DNA from: Wickerhamiella versatilis
Taxonomy: Eukaryota
DNA length: 64,000 nt
Direction: 5' to 3'
Assembly: GCA_030867685.1 (NCBI GenBank)
Contig: JAQOWU010000003.1
Span: 992,001-1,056,000, forward strand
Positions within the stretch are counted from its first letter, which is position 1. Every line of letters starts with the position of its first letter. The position numbers and the translations under genes are program-made. Shown in pieces: positions 10,685-21,274 of the stretch. The notes beneath the pieces are model-generated. The model searched no databases. It saw only the letters and a program-made list of their open reading frames with translations, and had not been told where the DNA came from.

Positions 10685-11267
10685 GCTGACATGCCTCATC
10701 AAGATTGGGAGCTACGGTATAATATATGGAGAAACTGTTCACTTATATTCCGAGGGTTAAGACGACTAAATAGTAATTTGAAAAAGCCTAGTCTATAGGT
10801 CTCGAAGGGGTCCAGTAATCCGATATTCGTTTCACATTAAATGTATATCTTACCTTATAATATAATGCCGTACGCTGTGTTCATCGAATACTAATTTTTG
10901 GAAAAACGACATATACAATTTCTTTTTTTGTGTAAAATATAATTAGGGAAATGATTAAAAAAGATGCCAAAAACAAACAAGAACCACAAAAAACAGCCAT
11001 TCTCACTTGGTCTTCCACCGTAATACTGAATCAGGCTCTCAACAGCATATGTATGGCTGAACTGATGGGAAGTCCTGTTAACTGGCGGTTCTTGGTAAGA
11101 ATGGTCTTAGTACCTGACTTCATGCATCAATGCCTTAATCTAAGCAGCGTGGGCAATAGCTTTATAGCGTTTTTTTACTGGCCCCTAACAAACACTGGTA
11201 TGAGTCAGGTAGGAATAACTTATGGATTTGATTACGTACGCGGAACCAATCACACCCACATACAACA

Positions 11268-11477
11268 ATGGGATCAGCCTACCAGATATTCGGGCGTTCT
11301 GTGCCAGGACATTATCTTGCCATGGGTACTTTCGGCCTTATTGGAGCAGCCGCTGTGTACGCAAAGAGTGGCGGCGCTCCCAAGGAGGCAGCACCACAGG
11401 TCCAAGCTGAGTCGTCGGATGAGGAGAAGTTCATTTTCGACTACTTGAAGAAGGCCGAGGAGGAAGCTAAACACTAA
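11268..11477 (+). CDS. ATP19: Mitochondrial ATP synthase subunit k
   Basis: MGSAYQIFGRSVPGHYLAMGT and SSDEEKFIFDYL are typical Atp19 motifs. Confidence 0.93.
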   Translation: MGSAYQIFGRSVPGHYLAMGTFGLIGAAAVYAKSGGAPKEAAPQVQAESSDEEKFIFDYLKKAEEEAKH

Positions 11478-11570
11478 CTACCTTTTTTACATAGATGTGA
11501 TGTGTGATGCCCCCCAAAACATTTATAGTGTCGGCATCGTCTAGTAAATTAAAAGATTACTTGGAATAGC

Positions 11571-12428
11571 TTAGTTCTTCCACAAACGGTTTGCGGCAAG
11601 CGGGTCTTCTTCTATAACAAGGTCGCGTTGTTTTAAGCGGCGGGCAGCTGCTGCCTCAGATCTGGATCGGGCCTCAGAAGCAGCTTGAGCTCGCTCTTGA
11701 GATCTGACTGCATTTGGCGACACATATTGTTTGTTCTCATACAGCACTGCACCAGCGAATGAGCCTTCCAGAATAGATATAAGAGTAAGTACAAATCGGG
11801 GACCGATCTCCACAAGGGTCAACTCTGAAGACTCATCATTAGACGTTGACTCCTCAGAAATTTGATAATTTCGTGCCCAAATCTTATCATCCGCTATGCT
11901 GAATGACAGAACATGGTCGACAAATGGCTTCGATTTCCGTGCTCTTGGAGGGACGCCAAAAGTATGCAAGAGCATTTCTTTGACCAGCCGAAAATGCGTG
12001 GAATTATCAAAACTTTTATCAAAACTGAGAATAGGCCTAGAGCCCCTTAGACAGTTTCCTGTAAAATTAAGCTCATCCATAGTATGCAAGTTCTGCACCA
12101 AAAACTTGGCAGTGGGTCCATTTGGAGCCTTCGCTAGCCACATGTACAGATCCTGGTGTTTGCGCGCCTCGAAATACAGGATATTGTTGCAATTGTACAT
12201 ATCAGCCACATCGTTAAGCAGTTTTGGTTCAGCCTTCCGGTCAAATTTGGGCTCTTTACGGGCGTGCGGAAGCATCCTGAACAGATCGGCAACAAAATGA
12301 CGATGACGTTGAGTCACTCCTCGAGACGTTATGAGAAGTACTCTCTGCCTGTTCTTGAAACTATCCTTAGAGTCCGCTCCCTTTTTGGAGTCCTTATCAT
12401 CAGTCAAAGTCTTATAGACCGCAGACAT
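11571..12428 (-). CDS. BRX1: Ribosome biogenesis protein Brx1
   Basis: Brix domain: NRQRVLLITSRG, YFEARKHQDLY, LHTMDELNFTGNCL and LVEIGPRFVL. Confidence 0.97.
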   Translation of the reverse strand: MSAVYKTLTDDKDSKKGADSKDSFKNRQRVLLITSRGVTQRHRHFVADLFRMLPHARKEPKFDRKAEPKLLNDVADMYNCNNILYFEARKHQDLYMWLAKAPNGPTAKFLVQNLHTMDELNFTGNCLRGSRPILSFDKSFDNSTHFRLVKEMLLHTFGVPPRARKSKPFVDHVLSFSIADDKIWARNYQISEESTSNDESSELTLVEIGPRFVLTLISILEGSFAGAVLYENKQYVSPNAVRSQERAQAASEARSRSEAAAARRLKQRDLVIEEDPLAANRLWKN

Positions 12429-12618
12429 TTTCCTCTGATTATGTAAACTTTTGCAGTTCTTTATATTTACCTTTTCACTGTATACCCCAAATCAACCCTA
12501 GGATACGTATTTTTTTTTCAAGAATAATTTGTTCCAGTCCCTGAATCCTCCTCTCTTCATCTTTTACCTGCCAACCAAATCAGAAAAATCCAGTCGTCCG
12601 GTGAAAAATTCTGACATA

Positions 12619-14622
12619 ATGGCGGTTCGACCGATTGTGGAAGCAATAGACCATGGCTCTTTCGATAGGGCGCGGTCACTACTTTCTTTAGAGTCGCTGG
12701 AAAACCCTGTTTATGCTGGCCTTAATGCTCTGTTGGAATTTAGGATGGGAAATGAAAGAGAGGCTGAAGAACAGGCAGCTAAAGTATGCGATATGAAAAC
12801 ACTGAGCTCAGGTGTGATAAGTTCGATTCTCGTAGCCATTCTGAAACCTAAGGGCCGTGCAGACCTCCTCAATCGTGCTTTTGAGAACGTTTACCGCAAT
12901 GGCACTGAATCTGACGGCACGCTGGATTCCTGGCTCCAAAGTATGCTAGAGCTTGGTTACCTACCTGGGCTGTATAAATGCCTCATGGTTACTGTCAGAA
13001 GTGAGCCATCACGACAGTCAACATACAATGTTGCATTTGCCATGGCCTTGCATCACGCGGAGCTCCCTGAAGCTTCACCCGAACGGAAACTTTTGCCTTT
13101 GCTCGGTGAGAGAATGCTGCAAAAATACTTACCTGCCTCTGATTTACAAGAGCAGTATGTTGTTGCCCTTGTAAAGCGCATGGTTTCTACAAAAGCTCTC
13201 ATAGAATATTGCCAAGACTCCACAAGCCTCTACCTTCAAGAATTGGAGCTTGAGGCCTTGCGCTCTCTTTCAGATCATGAATACCTGGCAAAGATAAGTT
13301 CAGTTCGTCTACAACAACATGACAGTTGGAACTGGTGGCTGGCATTGATTGATTCTGCAATGGCTTTGAAGAAGCCTGAACTAGTCCAAGCCGTTATTGA
13401 CGGCTATAGGCCATCACATAACTCTCTTCTTGCCCGCATTGAACTTGCTAAGCGATTGAATGAACCAGTCGAACAACGCGTATCGGAATTTTGGGAGAAG
13501 ATGAGCTCTAAGCCGGCAGCTTACGAGCTTCTTGAGGGTCTGCCAACGGCGCACTTGAGTGCGACAAACTTCACTGCCCAGGTTACTCTGGCCAAGATCC
13601 GAAAAGACCTGAAAGTATTTGATCTGTTCAAATTGTATCGTGAGGGTCTTCCTAATCGTCCTACTGAGCCAACAGATTATTTCATTGGCTCTGACTTACT
13701 TCTTTTGGCAGCTGAGACTGAGCTTGAAGCAGGGGAAGAAAGTACTGAGCGAGCTCTTCGTGCTGTCACAATCCTAACTTACGCCCATGAGAATGACAGA
13801 TGTAACTTCTATGTCCTTCTTTACCTAGTTCAGCTCTGGAGATGGCTTGGCGCACCGCATATGGCAGACGCCTACTGGCAACAGCTATCCGTCAAAAATT
13901 TACAGCATGAAAGCATTGCATGGTTGCTCTTGCAGCGGGCAGGAACGACTGTAACGGGCGTGAATGGCATACGTAAGGTTCTACAACGAAGTCTTTTACT
14001 GGCCAAGCAAGCTACCGGTATGGGCTCCTACCTGAAGGTCGCTCTTGATCGTGGGGTCTATACTCAAATTCCGGGCTTCTTGGATTTAGCTAGAAGGCTA
14101 AGACATAGTCTACCTGGAGCTCTTAATGATCTGGAGAACAACAAATTCTCACAGATTGCGAATAAGCCGGTAGACGCGGATTTCCAGATACCTGATTCAC
14201 TAGTGGACAACCGTGAGATTATCGGCCTAGGAAAACGCTACCTCGTTGGGCCCTGGCAAACTTCAGAGTACGTCCAGCTTCATATTTCTGGTAGTACTTT
14301 CGAGAAAGTTGAACAAAGCTGTGAGCTTACAGATGTGGAGAAGTATTGCCTTATTGGAGATTTCAGCAAACCGCCTCCCTTGATGGGTGATCGAAGAGGA
14401 TGGGAATTCGATCATTACTATGCTCAACTATTGCTCGCAAAACGCGCAGGCGCGTCATTCGACCTTCCCAAGTTGAGCCATGAACCAGCGCCACCCACCC
14501 AATCAGTGTCAGAGTGGGCAGCCTCACTCGGCCTGGACGCCGAGGCACACAGCGCTCTAACCGTCTTGGCCAATGCACGTAAAGATGCTGCAGGCGAGTT
14601 GAAGTGGTTATATCGGGCGTGA
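12619..14622 (+). CDS. MDM20: NatB N-acetyltransferase auxiliary subunit (Mdm20/NAA25)
   Basis: Helical/TPR-like protein starting RPIVEAID, with the Mdm20-domain motif YWQQLSVKNLQHESI. First ATG at 12619. Confidence 0.8.
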   Translation: MAVRPIVEAIDHGSFDRARSLLSLESLENPVYAGLNALLEFRMGNEREAEEQAAKVCDMKTLSSGVISSILVAILKPKGRADLLNRAFENVYRNGTESDGTLDSWLQSMLELGYLPGLYKCLMVTVRSEPSRQSTYNVAFAMALHHAELPEASPERKLLPLLGERMLQKYLPASDLQEQYVVALVKRMVSTKALIEYCQDSTSLYLQELELEALRSLSDHEYLAKISSVRLQQHDSWNWWLALIDSAMALKKPELVQAVIDGYRPSHNSLLARIELAKRLNEPVEQRVSEFWEKMSSKPAAYELLEGLPTAHLSATNFTAQVTLAKIRKDLKVFDLFKLYREGLPNRPTEPTDYFIGSDLLLLAAETELEAGEESTERALRAVTILTYAHENDRCNFYVLLYLVQLWRWLGAPHMADAYWQQLSVKNLQHESIAWLLLQRAGTTVTGVNGIRKVLQRSLLLAKQATGMGSYLKVALDRGVYTQIPGFLDLARRLRHSLPGALNDLENNKFSQIANKPVDADFQIPDSLVDNREIIGLGKRYLVGPWQTSEYVQLHISGSTFEKVEQSCELTDVEKYCLIGDFSKPPPLMGDRRGWEFDHYYAQLLLAKRAGASFDLPKLSHEPAPPTQSVSEWAASLGLDAEAHSALTVLANARKDAAGELKWLYRA

Positions 14623-14703
14623 ATATATAGTTAGTTTTCTTAAGGCGTTAGATCCTTCTTCGCGTATGTACATATAAAACGTTGTTGTTGTTGCTTCCAT
14701 CAT

Positions 14704-14952
14704 CTATCTGCTCGTCCCGAGCATCGTTGCAAGTTCTCTTGTACGCTGGATTCCGTCGGCGACAAAGTACCTAATCTTATCCGGATCCTCTTCATGACGA
14801 TGCATTTCAAACTCTGAACGTGCCCACTGTAATATATCTTTCCTATGCGCAGGTGAGGACTTGTATGCGGTTCGAACAATAGATCGCCATAGAATTTTAG
14901 CCTTGGCGGCTTCGGTAAAGAAAGCGAGTGGTTTAAACCGTTTCTGATGCAT
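14704..14952 (-). CDS. LYR-motif mitochondrial protein (LYRM2-like)
   Basis: LWR variant of the LYR motif, plus WARSEFE and D.DKIRY..DG. Confidence 0.8.
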   Translation of the reverse strand: MHQKRFKPLAFFTEAAKAKILWRSIVRTAYKSSPAHRKDILQWARSEFEMHRHEEDPDKIRYFVADGIQRTRELATMLGTSR

Positions 14953-15153
14953 AAATTAAGCGCTGCTGACGCATAATGCAAAGGATCCTTGAATGTGCTA
15001 CATAGTATACTAGGGTCTTGCTAGGTGTCTTGCTAAAGCTTTCTAGATCCAACACTGCGAAATTTTTTACAGCTTCCATATACGATAGCATTAAGAACCT
15101 CTTTAGGTCGAATGACTCTTTAAAATTAATTTAGTGATACAAACGTGGGCTTC

Positions 15154-15324
15154 ACGCGTACAACTGCTAAATCAAGCATCTACATCCTGGAAACATGGAT
15201 TGAATCCAAATTCGATAATAATGCGGCCAGGCCCCACTCCGGTTTCCTATTTAGAGTGTCCTAGCCCAGGAACTCTGGTGGCATGTGCATACCCACCTTA
15301 CCTAACTGAAGCTTCCTGACGCGT
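15154..15324. promoter_or_regulatory. Two MCB elements (ACGCGT at 15154-15159 and 15319-15324)
   Basis: Exact MluI boxes upstream of SPA2, consistent with G1/S expression. Confidence 0.4.
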
Positions 15325-15363
15325 CTCTTGGATCACTTGGAAGGTGGAAATATACCCTCAAAC

Positions 15364-18219
15364 ATGGTGGCGCCTTCTGAAGTCGCGTTTTATCATAAAG
15401 CCTTTGTTGATCATGTTAGTGAAAGCCCACCTCATCATCAAAGTCTCAGTGCCAGTCTGACCAAATTATCCAAGTTCAGTCTGAAACATCTTTTAGAGCT
15501 TAGCACTGATATATATGATGAGCTTGTCAGGCGGCGCGAATTGAACGGCTCAGAGTTGCGAGGCCATCTTCCTGAGCGACCAGATATTCACCCAAGAAGA
15601 AACTATGCTCGCCGTCAAATTGGCGGACTAACCGCTGGCAGGCTCAGTGACATGTGTAAAGACTTAATTGCTGAACATGAAAGAAGATTTCCAGATCTGG
15701 CCGAGGCTGAGGCTGACGCTGGAGCAGATGTGCCATCTGCCGCTTTGGAAAAATCTTTTGACTCCGACGCCAGTAACCCAAAAAATGGCGTCGACCTTGA
15801 CACTGAGCCTGAGATGAAAGAAATATCATCGAATGAAGATGAACCTACAGAACTTAAAATTCAGTCTGTTGCCGCGACTGAGCTGGTGCCAAATCGCTCA
15901 GAGATGATCGAGAGTGAGGACGAGGATGACGATGAACATGAACATGAACATGAAAATGGCACTGAAGAGAAGAAAGAGCAACAGAGAGGTGGCCTTGACG
16001 ACAATGAAGAGGAAATGCTTCAGCCCCCTGTGAAGCGTCACGTCCGTACAGCTAGTAAAGCTGATACGATTACCCAACTGCATCAAAACTACTTGCCTGC
16101 CTCAGACGATTCCTTCGATAACGATCAGGAATCACCAGGAGCGTTGAAGTCTCAGGGTATTACTACCCCAGCTCAAGTTGACGATGATAATTTCGAATTT
16201 TCTGAAGATTTCACAAGCCCGTCAAAACTGGAGTCTTGGAAGCAAAATAGCGCCGGCAGGAGGTATGGTAACGACAAAGACAGAACTATTGGTGGTCAAT
16301 TTGGTCTCAACAAGGCATCTCGATCAGAAGCCACATTAGCCACTGAGTATGCCAGTGCGCCTGGAAGTCTTTGGAGTGATACGGATGGTGAGTCCAATAA
16401 TGTCGTGGCCAATGCCGATTCATCCGTTGGTACCTCAGATGATGGGCATTCCCATAAGCCTGTGTACGAAGATCTTCTTGCTTCGCCACTTGCCACGCCC
16501 AAAACTATTCCTGGTACCCCTACGCTTGTGGACAACCCATCTGGTGACTCCATATATGACTCTGCAATGCCTAAGGTGCCTGAGGCACCTGCACGGAACA
16601 ATCCAACTGATACTGGCGAGTTAACTGAGCCAATCGACGCAAAGGAACCTAGAAATGTTCCTGTATTGAATAAGGCACAGGATGATGATGTGCGTAGCGA
16701 TGAGGCGTCGCATGCAGAAGACCTTAAACTTACTTCTCCTGCTAATGTCAATCCTTCTCTAGAGTCCCCGCACCCGCAGCAGGAGAGTCCGTCGGTCCAA
16801 GACAAGGAAATTAAGCCTGATTTGGACCAAAGCGTGAAGGAACCTCGCAATTTTCTTGAAAACCTTCCAGAGACTCCTATTCACTCAATACCTGGTGGGC
16901 TTCCCTCTGTCGAGGTACACGATGCACTTGAGTCTCTCTCTGCGTCTGGTCAGAAAGATTTACCTGATAGTAGTCCGCATAAATCAGACAATTCTGAAAT
17001 CGAGCAACTTAAAAAGGAGCTTGCTAGCATGGAGTCATCACACAAGGATCTCCAGCAAAAGCTAGAGCACCAGCGCAATGTCACTGATCAAGTACGCCAG
17101 GAAGCTTCTTTATTCCTTGAAGAAATGCGCCAATTAACGCATCGCTCCCAACATTCACAAACCGCAGACAAGCTCGCACAGGAGGCTAGCCACTGGCAAG
17201 CGCGGTATGAGGAAGTTCGTAAAGAACTCGATGATATGAGGCGAGCAAACAGAATGTCGCGCTTGCCTTCCATGGCAGACTACATGTCGGTACAAATTGA
17301 GCCCTCTGTGCTACGCGATGATGGAGAAATCTCTGAGACTGCCGTGCGTAACTTCCACGATGCCATCTCTCTACTCCTTTCAGGTGTCCGTGCACAGCCT
17401 GGACAATGGCCAGAACTGCTCCATAAGGTGGTTTTAGCAACACGAGAACTTGGTGCTGCTGATAAGTCGGGAAATGCCGTTTCACGCACGGCAAACCAAC
17501 TCATTACGGTTGTTCGTAACTACGCACAGGTCAAAGGCCTCATGCCTTTAGCAGTTGTGGATGCAGCGGCGGCGGATCTTACCATGGCCGTGGCTGTAAC
17601 GTTGCAGGAGTTGGGCGTGTTCCCAGAATCAGGCTTGAAACTTCCTGCCGTCATATCGAAACCTCCAGCGGAAGACACTCAGCCCGCTCCGTTGTCGTCA
17701 CCCAAGAAAGGCTTGGATAGCCGTAACATACCCAAAAGAGAGCCTACCAAGCTTCCACCCGTGGAAATTCCCCCCGATAGCAGCATAGCCGAACTTCAAG
17801 GCTATTTGGAAGAACAAACGAGCGAGACTGTAGACGCAATAAGCGGTCTATTGTCAGGAATACGCGACAATAATAATGCTGGAGATCTTAGAGCTGAAGC
17901 TGAGACAATTGAACGAGCGGCTGCTAAGATGTTAGCTGCCACAGGATCATCTATGTCCCAAACACATAACTGGCTCCTCAAGGACAAGGGCTCGTTTTTG
18001 TTGGAGACATTGGGTGATTGCCTTAACCGCATGCAGATCCTCAATCAAGAATTATGGCGTTACCAGCCAGATACGAGACCCAATCGTCATTTACGTCAAA
18101 GGCTAGCTGGTGTCTCATTCGACATGGCAAAAGCAACTAAAGAACTCGTCAAGACTGTCGAAGAGGTGAGTCTTAAACAGGAATTGACACATCTGGATTC
18201 TAATCCAGTCGCTGCATAG
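15364..18219 (+). CDS. SPA2: Polarisome scaffold Spa2
   Basis: Tandem GIT/SHD-I repeats (LLELSTDIYDELVRR; PRRNYARRQI), a coiled coil and C-terminal QRLAGVSFDMAKATKELVK. First ATG at 15364. Confidence 0.92.
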   Translation: MVAPSEVAFYHKAFVDHVSESPPHHQSLSASLTKLSKFSLKHLLELSTDIYDELVRRRELNGSELRGHLPERPDIHPRRNYARRQIGGLTAGRLSDMCKDLIAEHERRFPDLAEAEADAGADVPSAALEKSFDSDASNPKNGVDLDTEPEMKEISSNEDEPTELKIQSVAATELVPNRSEMIESEDEDDDEHEHEHENGTEEKKEQQRGGLDDNEEEMLQPPVKRHVRTASKADTITQLHQNYLPASDDSFDNDQESPGALKSQGITTPAQVDDDNFEFSEDFTSPSKLESWKQNSAGRRYGNDKDRTIGGQFGLNKASRSEATLATEYASAPGSLWSDTDGESNNVVANADSSVGTSDDGHSHKPVYEDLLASPLATPKTIPGTPTLVDNPSGDSIYDSAMPKVPEAPARNNPTDTGELTEPIDAKEPRNVPVLNKAQDDDVRSDEASHAEDLKLTSPANVNPSLESPHPQQESPSVQDKEIKPDLDQSVKEPRNFLENLPETPIHSIPGGLPSVEVHDALESLSASGQKDLPDSSPHKSDNSEIEQLKKELASMESSHKDLQQKLEHQRNVTDQVRQEASLFLEEMRQLTHRSQHSQTADKLAQEASHWQARYEEVRKELDDMRRANRMSRLPSMADYMSVQIEPSVLRDDGEISETAVRNFHDAISLLLSGVRAQPGQWPELLHKVVLATRELGAADKSGNAVSRTANQLITVVRNYAQVKGLMPLAVVDAAAADLTMAVAVTLQELGVFPESGLKLPAVISKPPAEDTQPAPLSSPKKGLDSRNIPKREPTKLPPVEIPPDSSIAELQGYLEEQTSETVDAISGLLSGIRDNNNAGDLRAEAETIERAAAKMLAATGSSMSQTHNWLLKDKGSFLLETLGDCLNRMQILNQELWRYQPDTRPNRHLRQRLAGVSFDMAKATKELVKTVEEVSLKQELTHLDSNPVAA

Positions 18220-18368
18220 GTCCTCTAAATTTTGACACTTAATGATAATAATAATAATAAATTAGCAGTAGTGATAGTGTTAGTGTTTGAAATGTGATTT
18301 TCTCGGTAAGCGTCAAGCTCACAGATATTATTAATCCATAGAGCAAGAGGGGTGAAAATCAAAAGCAT

Positions 18369-18980
18369 ATGAGCAAGTTGGAGGTCCCTGATGATGCCCC
18401 ACGTCGTCGGAGAAGCTCAAGCATTCTTGGGCATCTTCGACGTGAGTCTATTGAGGATCAGAATGACCAGGTTGCTGCAGCGAACTTGAACGCAGAATGG
18501 GTACATCATAAAGGCGCATGGACAATTCATGTCGTTATAATATGTGCACTACTACTTCTCTATGATGGTATACCATTTGTAAACGCGGAAATGACCTGGA
18601 CTCTTGCAAACGCCACCTATGTCGTTGGATCTTATATCATGTTTCACTACGTGACAGGAACACCGTTTGATTTCAATGCAGGCGCCTATGACCGACTCAC
18701 CATGTGGGAACAAATAGACGATGGCGACCAATATACTCCAACGAAGAAATTTTTAACGTTGGTACCTATAGCGCTATTCTTGATATCGACACATTTCACA
18801 CATTATGACTTGGGCATGTTTATTGTCAATTTAGCCTTTTGTCTTATATCTGTTTTGCCAAAACTACCTTCTAGCCATCGTCTCCGTTTCATTGTTGAAG
18901 AGGACGTGCCAACGCCAACCGTTGAGCAACCACCTCATCCACTGCCGATACCAAGAGTGGATTTGAAAAAACAGTCATAA
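18369..18980 (+). CDS. ORM1: ORMDL sphingolipid homeostasis protein (Orm1/Orm2)
   Basis: RRRRSSS (Ypk site), NLNAEWVHHKGAW, FHYVTGTPF and LTMWEQID...YTPTKKFL. Confidence 0.95.
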   Translation: MSKLEVPDDAPRRRRSSSILGHLRRESIEDQNDQVAAANLNAEWVHHKGAWTIHVVIICALLLLYDGIPFVNAEMTWTLANATYVVGSYIMFHYVTGTPFDFNAGAYDRLTMWEQIDDGDQYTPTKKFLTLVPIALFLISTHFTHYDLGMFIVNLAFCLISVLPKLPSSHRLRFIVEEDVPTPTVEQPPHPLPIPRVDLKKQS

Positions 18981-19126
18981 GTGTACCGTCCACTAAGCAA
19001 GCTCTAGAACAAGTATTTAACTTTCTTAAATTGTACAGGTTTAACCACGTAGTATGAAGGATGAAAGAATTCAAAGAGTGAGCTCTCTGGCTAGGTTGGT
19101 CACGCGATAGTCTCAGGCCCTTACCC

Positions 19127-20581
19127 ATGTCGCCTTTAGAGAATGCAGCGAGATGGTGTCGAGCAGTGGATATTCCCGCAACTAAACCACCTCTATTCAA
19201 ATATATTCCACCACCAAAGAGCCCGCATTTTGAACCCTTTAGTGCGCGTGATTCTGCGCGCATAGAGAAGGCTTTTCGGTCCCAATCGCGATCACCTGTG
19301 CGCGTAGAGGCCGATGGACTTTTCAGTGTGGATCTTCAACGACAATTGTGCCATCCAACATATTGGGATGGTCCTGAATTTGCGGTCAGACGTGCTCAAT
19401 GGTTCGAGGGTACCCAACCTGTAGATGCTGCGTTAGCAGCTGCTCTTGAGAATCACAGCACCAGCTTTGAGAACTACAAAATCACGTATAAGGAGGATGA
19501 GGTTCTTTTGAACCCCTGTAATTGGATGAAATCAACCCGTAAACTTACGCAAAATCCCAAATTCGATAAAGTTCGTCCAGAATATGTCCAGCGGCCAACA
19601 ACACATCTTCTATTGTGTATACATGGCATTGGCCAAACTGCAGGAACCCGCTACGAATTTGTTAACTTCATAAAAGATGTTGATCAGCTACGCCATCTTA
19701 TGGGGGAATCATTCAAGCGTTCTCCACAAATGGCCCACTGGGCAGACTCTACGGAAACACACGGAGTGCAGGTACTACCAATCCAGTGGAGACATCTGCT
19801 CCCAGAAGTTTCAGAGAAATTCCGACAATTGTATTCCCGGGATAATGTTCTTGCCGAGGTGGTTTGGGATTTCGTTATGTACACAGAAGGAGAGCACAAG
19901 AAAAAGATTCTTGAGACAACTGCGACAGAGGTGAACAGGGTATATCATAATTTTTGCTATCAAAATCCTGAATTTGCCGCCCGTCCTCGCGTCAGTATAG
20001 TAGGTCATTCCCTTGGAGCATGTTTAGCGGCTGAAATTTTGCACAATAAGTTGGTTGACTTTAAGGCAAAAAATCTTTTCCTATTGGGTAGTCCTTTAGG
20101 GGCTCTACTTTTGTTGAATGGTCGCAAGTTTCCTGAGAGCGATTATGCACGGCAAGTTTTTAATATCATGCGTCTTTCTGACCCAGTGGCTGCGCGTCTT
20201 GAACCGGTGGTTGACAATGCACCTGAACCATGTTTGCCTCCACAAGCGCTTCCATCAGCGGGAGCTAGCATAGTATCACAAATTAAGGATATTTCCAACC
20301 GGCTTTCCGGAATCACTTCACATGCATCCGCTCTCTGGGATCAAGTAGCCAGACTAATGGTATACCAAGAGAGGGTGAGGAAGAAGTCCGTATCTTCCGT
20401 TCCTGTACCTTTGAGTTCCACAGCAGCCTTCAAAGGTTTCAATAATCAGCACAGACTCGACTTCAGTGTACCTGAGGCAGTTGACATTTCACCACTGATA
20501 GGGCTTATTGGGCACATGATGTATTTCGACAATGCAGATGTGGTCCAATTCATTTTACGAGAAATGTTGCGTCCGCGTTAA
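19127..20581 (+). CDS. DDL1: DDHD-domain phospholipase A1
   Basis: HLLLCIHGIGQ, VQVLPIQWR, GHSLG nucleophile motif, DPVAARLEP and RLDF...H..YF. Confidence 0.88.
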   Translation: MSPLENAARWCRAVDIPATKPPLFKYIPPPKSPHFEPFSARDSARIEKAFRSQSRSPVRVEADGLFSVDLQRQLCHPTYWDGPEFAVRRAQWFEGTQPVDAALAAALENHSTSFENYKITYKEDEVLLNPCNWMKSTRKLTQNPKFDKVRPEYVQRPTTHLLLCIHGIGQTAGTRYEFVNFIKDVDQLRHLMGESFKRSPQMAHWADSTETHGVQVLPIQWRHLLPEVSEKFRQLYSRDNVLAEVVWDFVMYTEGEHKKKILETTATEVNRVYHNFCYQNPEFAARPRVSIVGHSLGACLAAEILHNKLVDFKAKNLFLLGSPLGALLLLNGRKFPESDYARQVFNIMRLSDPVAARLEPVVDNAPEPCLPPQALPSAGASIVSQIKDISNRLSGITSHASALWDQVARLMVYQERVRKKSVSSVPVPLSSTAAFKGFNNQHRLDFSVPEAVDISPLIGLIGHMMYFDNADVVQFILREMLRPR

Positions 20582-20674
20582 ATTTCAAATTCCTTGCTTT
20601 TCTAACGTTGCCATGTTTTACAAAAGAAAAATAATAAATGACGATATACGCATATAATATTAGTCTATACACCA

Positions 20675-21274
20675 CTAAAGGACGTCATCCAGCGTCTTTT
20701 CTGAATCTCGCTGTATAAGTTCCCGCATACCAGCAGGCATTATTGGGTCCCCATTGTAATCTCGAATGTATCTAAATGGCATCTCTGTCGATTCATGCTC
20801 ATTAAACCTGAGCTCAGGAAAATCCGTGTACGGGATATCGCTTAGAGGGGTGCCCTTGAGAACCTGTTGAGTTACTCTGACCGCAGTGTCTGTAGTCATC
20901 TGTACCTTACCTAGGTTACGACCTGCAAAGCCCAGCTTCCGTAAATCTCCTGTTCTATCGCGAGGAGGGTGATCACCTAGAATTCCCCCAAACAAAAAAT
21001 ACTTGAAATGCTTAGCATCATCAGGGGAAAGCTCTTGAGGTGCAGAAGGATCGAGTAGAATAACTTCTGAAACGTCAAACTGTGGATCTATTTGCTGCAG
21101 TTGGCAAATATCTAGTTCCGTAGCTGTGACACGATCCGCAATTTCTGATGGGAGCTGTAGCCCTGGTCGAATACTTGTCAAAATTAACTCGGGTACCTCT
21201 TTTGCGATTGCATCATATTCAAGGCGAACCCATTCAGATATCTCCGGCTCCATGTGTTCTATCACATATTTCAT
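20675..21274 (-). CDS. SFM1: SPOUT-family protein arginine methyltransferase
   Basis: MKYVIEHME, FGGILGDHPPRDRT, QMTTDTAV and TEMPFRY. ATG at 21274. Confidence 0.95.
   Translation of the reverse strand: MKYVIEHMEPEISEWVRLEYDAIAKEVPELILTSIRPGLQLPSEIADRVTATELDICQLQQIDPQFDVSEVILLDPSAPQELSPDDAKHFKYFLFGGILGDHPPRDRTGDLRKLGFAGRNLGKVQMTTDTAVRVTQQVLKGTPLSDIPYTDFPELRFNEHESTEMPFRYIRDYNGDPIMPAGMRELIQRDSEKTLDDVL

Noticed and set aside
10877..10902. U4-like 3' end (GTGTTC..GAATAC hairpin plus AATTTTTGG Sm-like site)
   Set aside because: The U6-pairing 5' regions of U4 are absent upstream, and the motif is short and AT-rich.
10951..11448. 165 aa + strand ORF
   Set aside because: It overlaps ATP19 in another frame, runs through promoter-like sequence and has no recognisable domain.
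15931..15954. Short coding repeats (ATGAAC units in SPA2; also the 15 nt SDSES duplication near 30311-30340 in BRR2)
   Set aside because: Ordinary low-complexity slippage in disordered regions, not a CRISPR array or mobile-element repeat.
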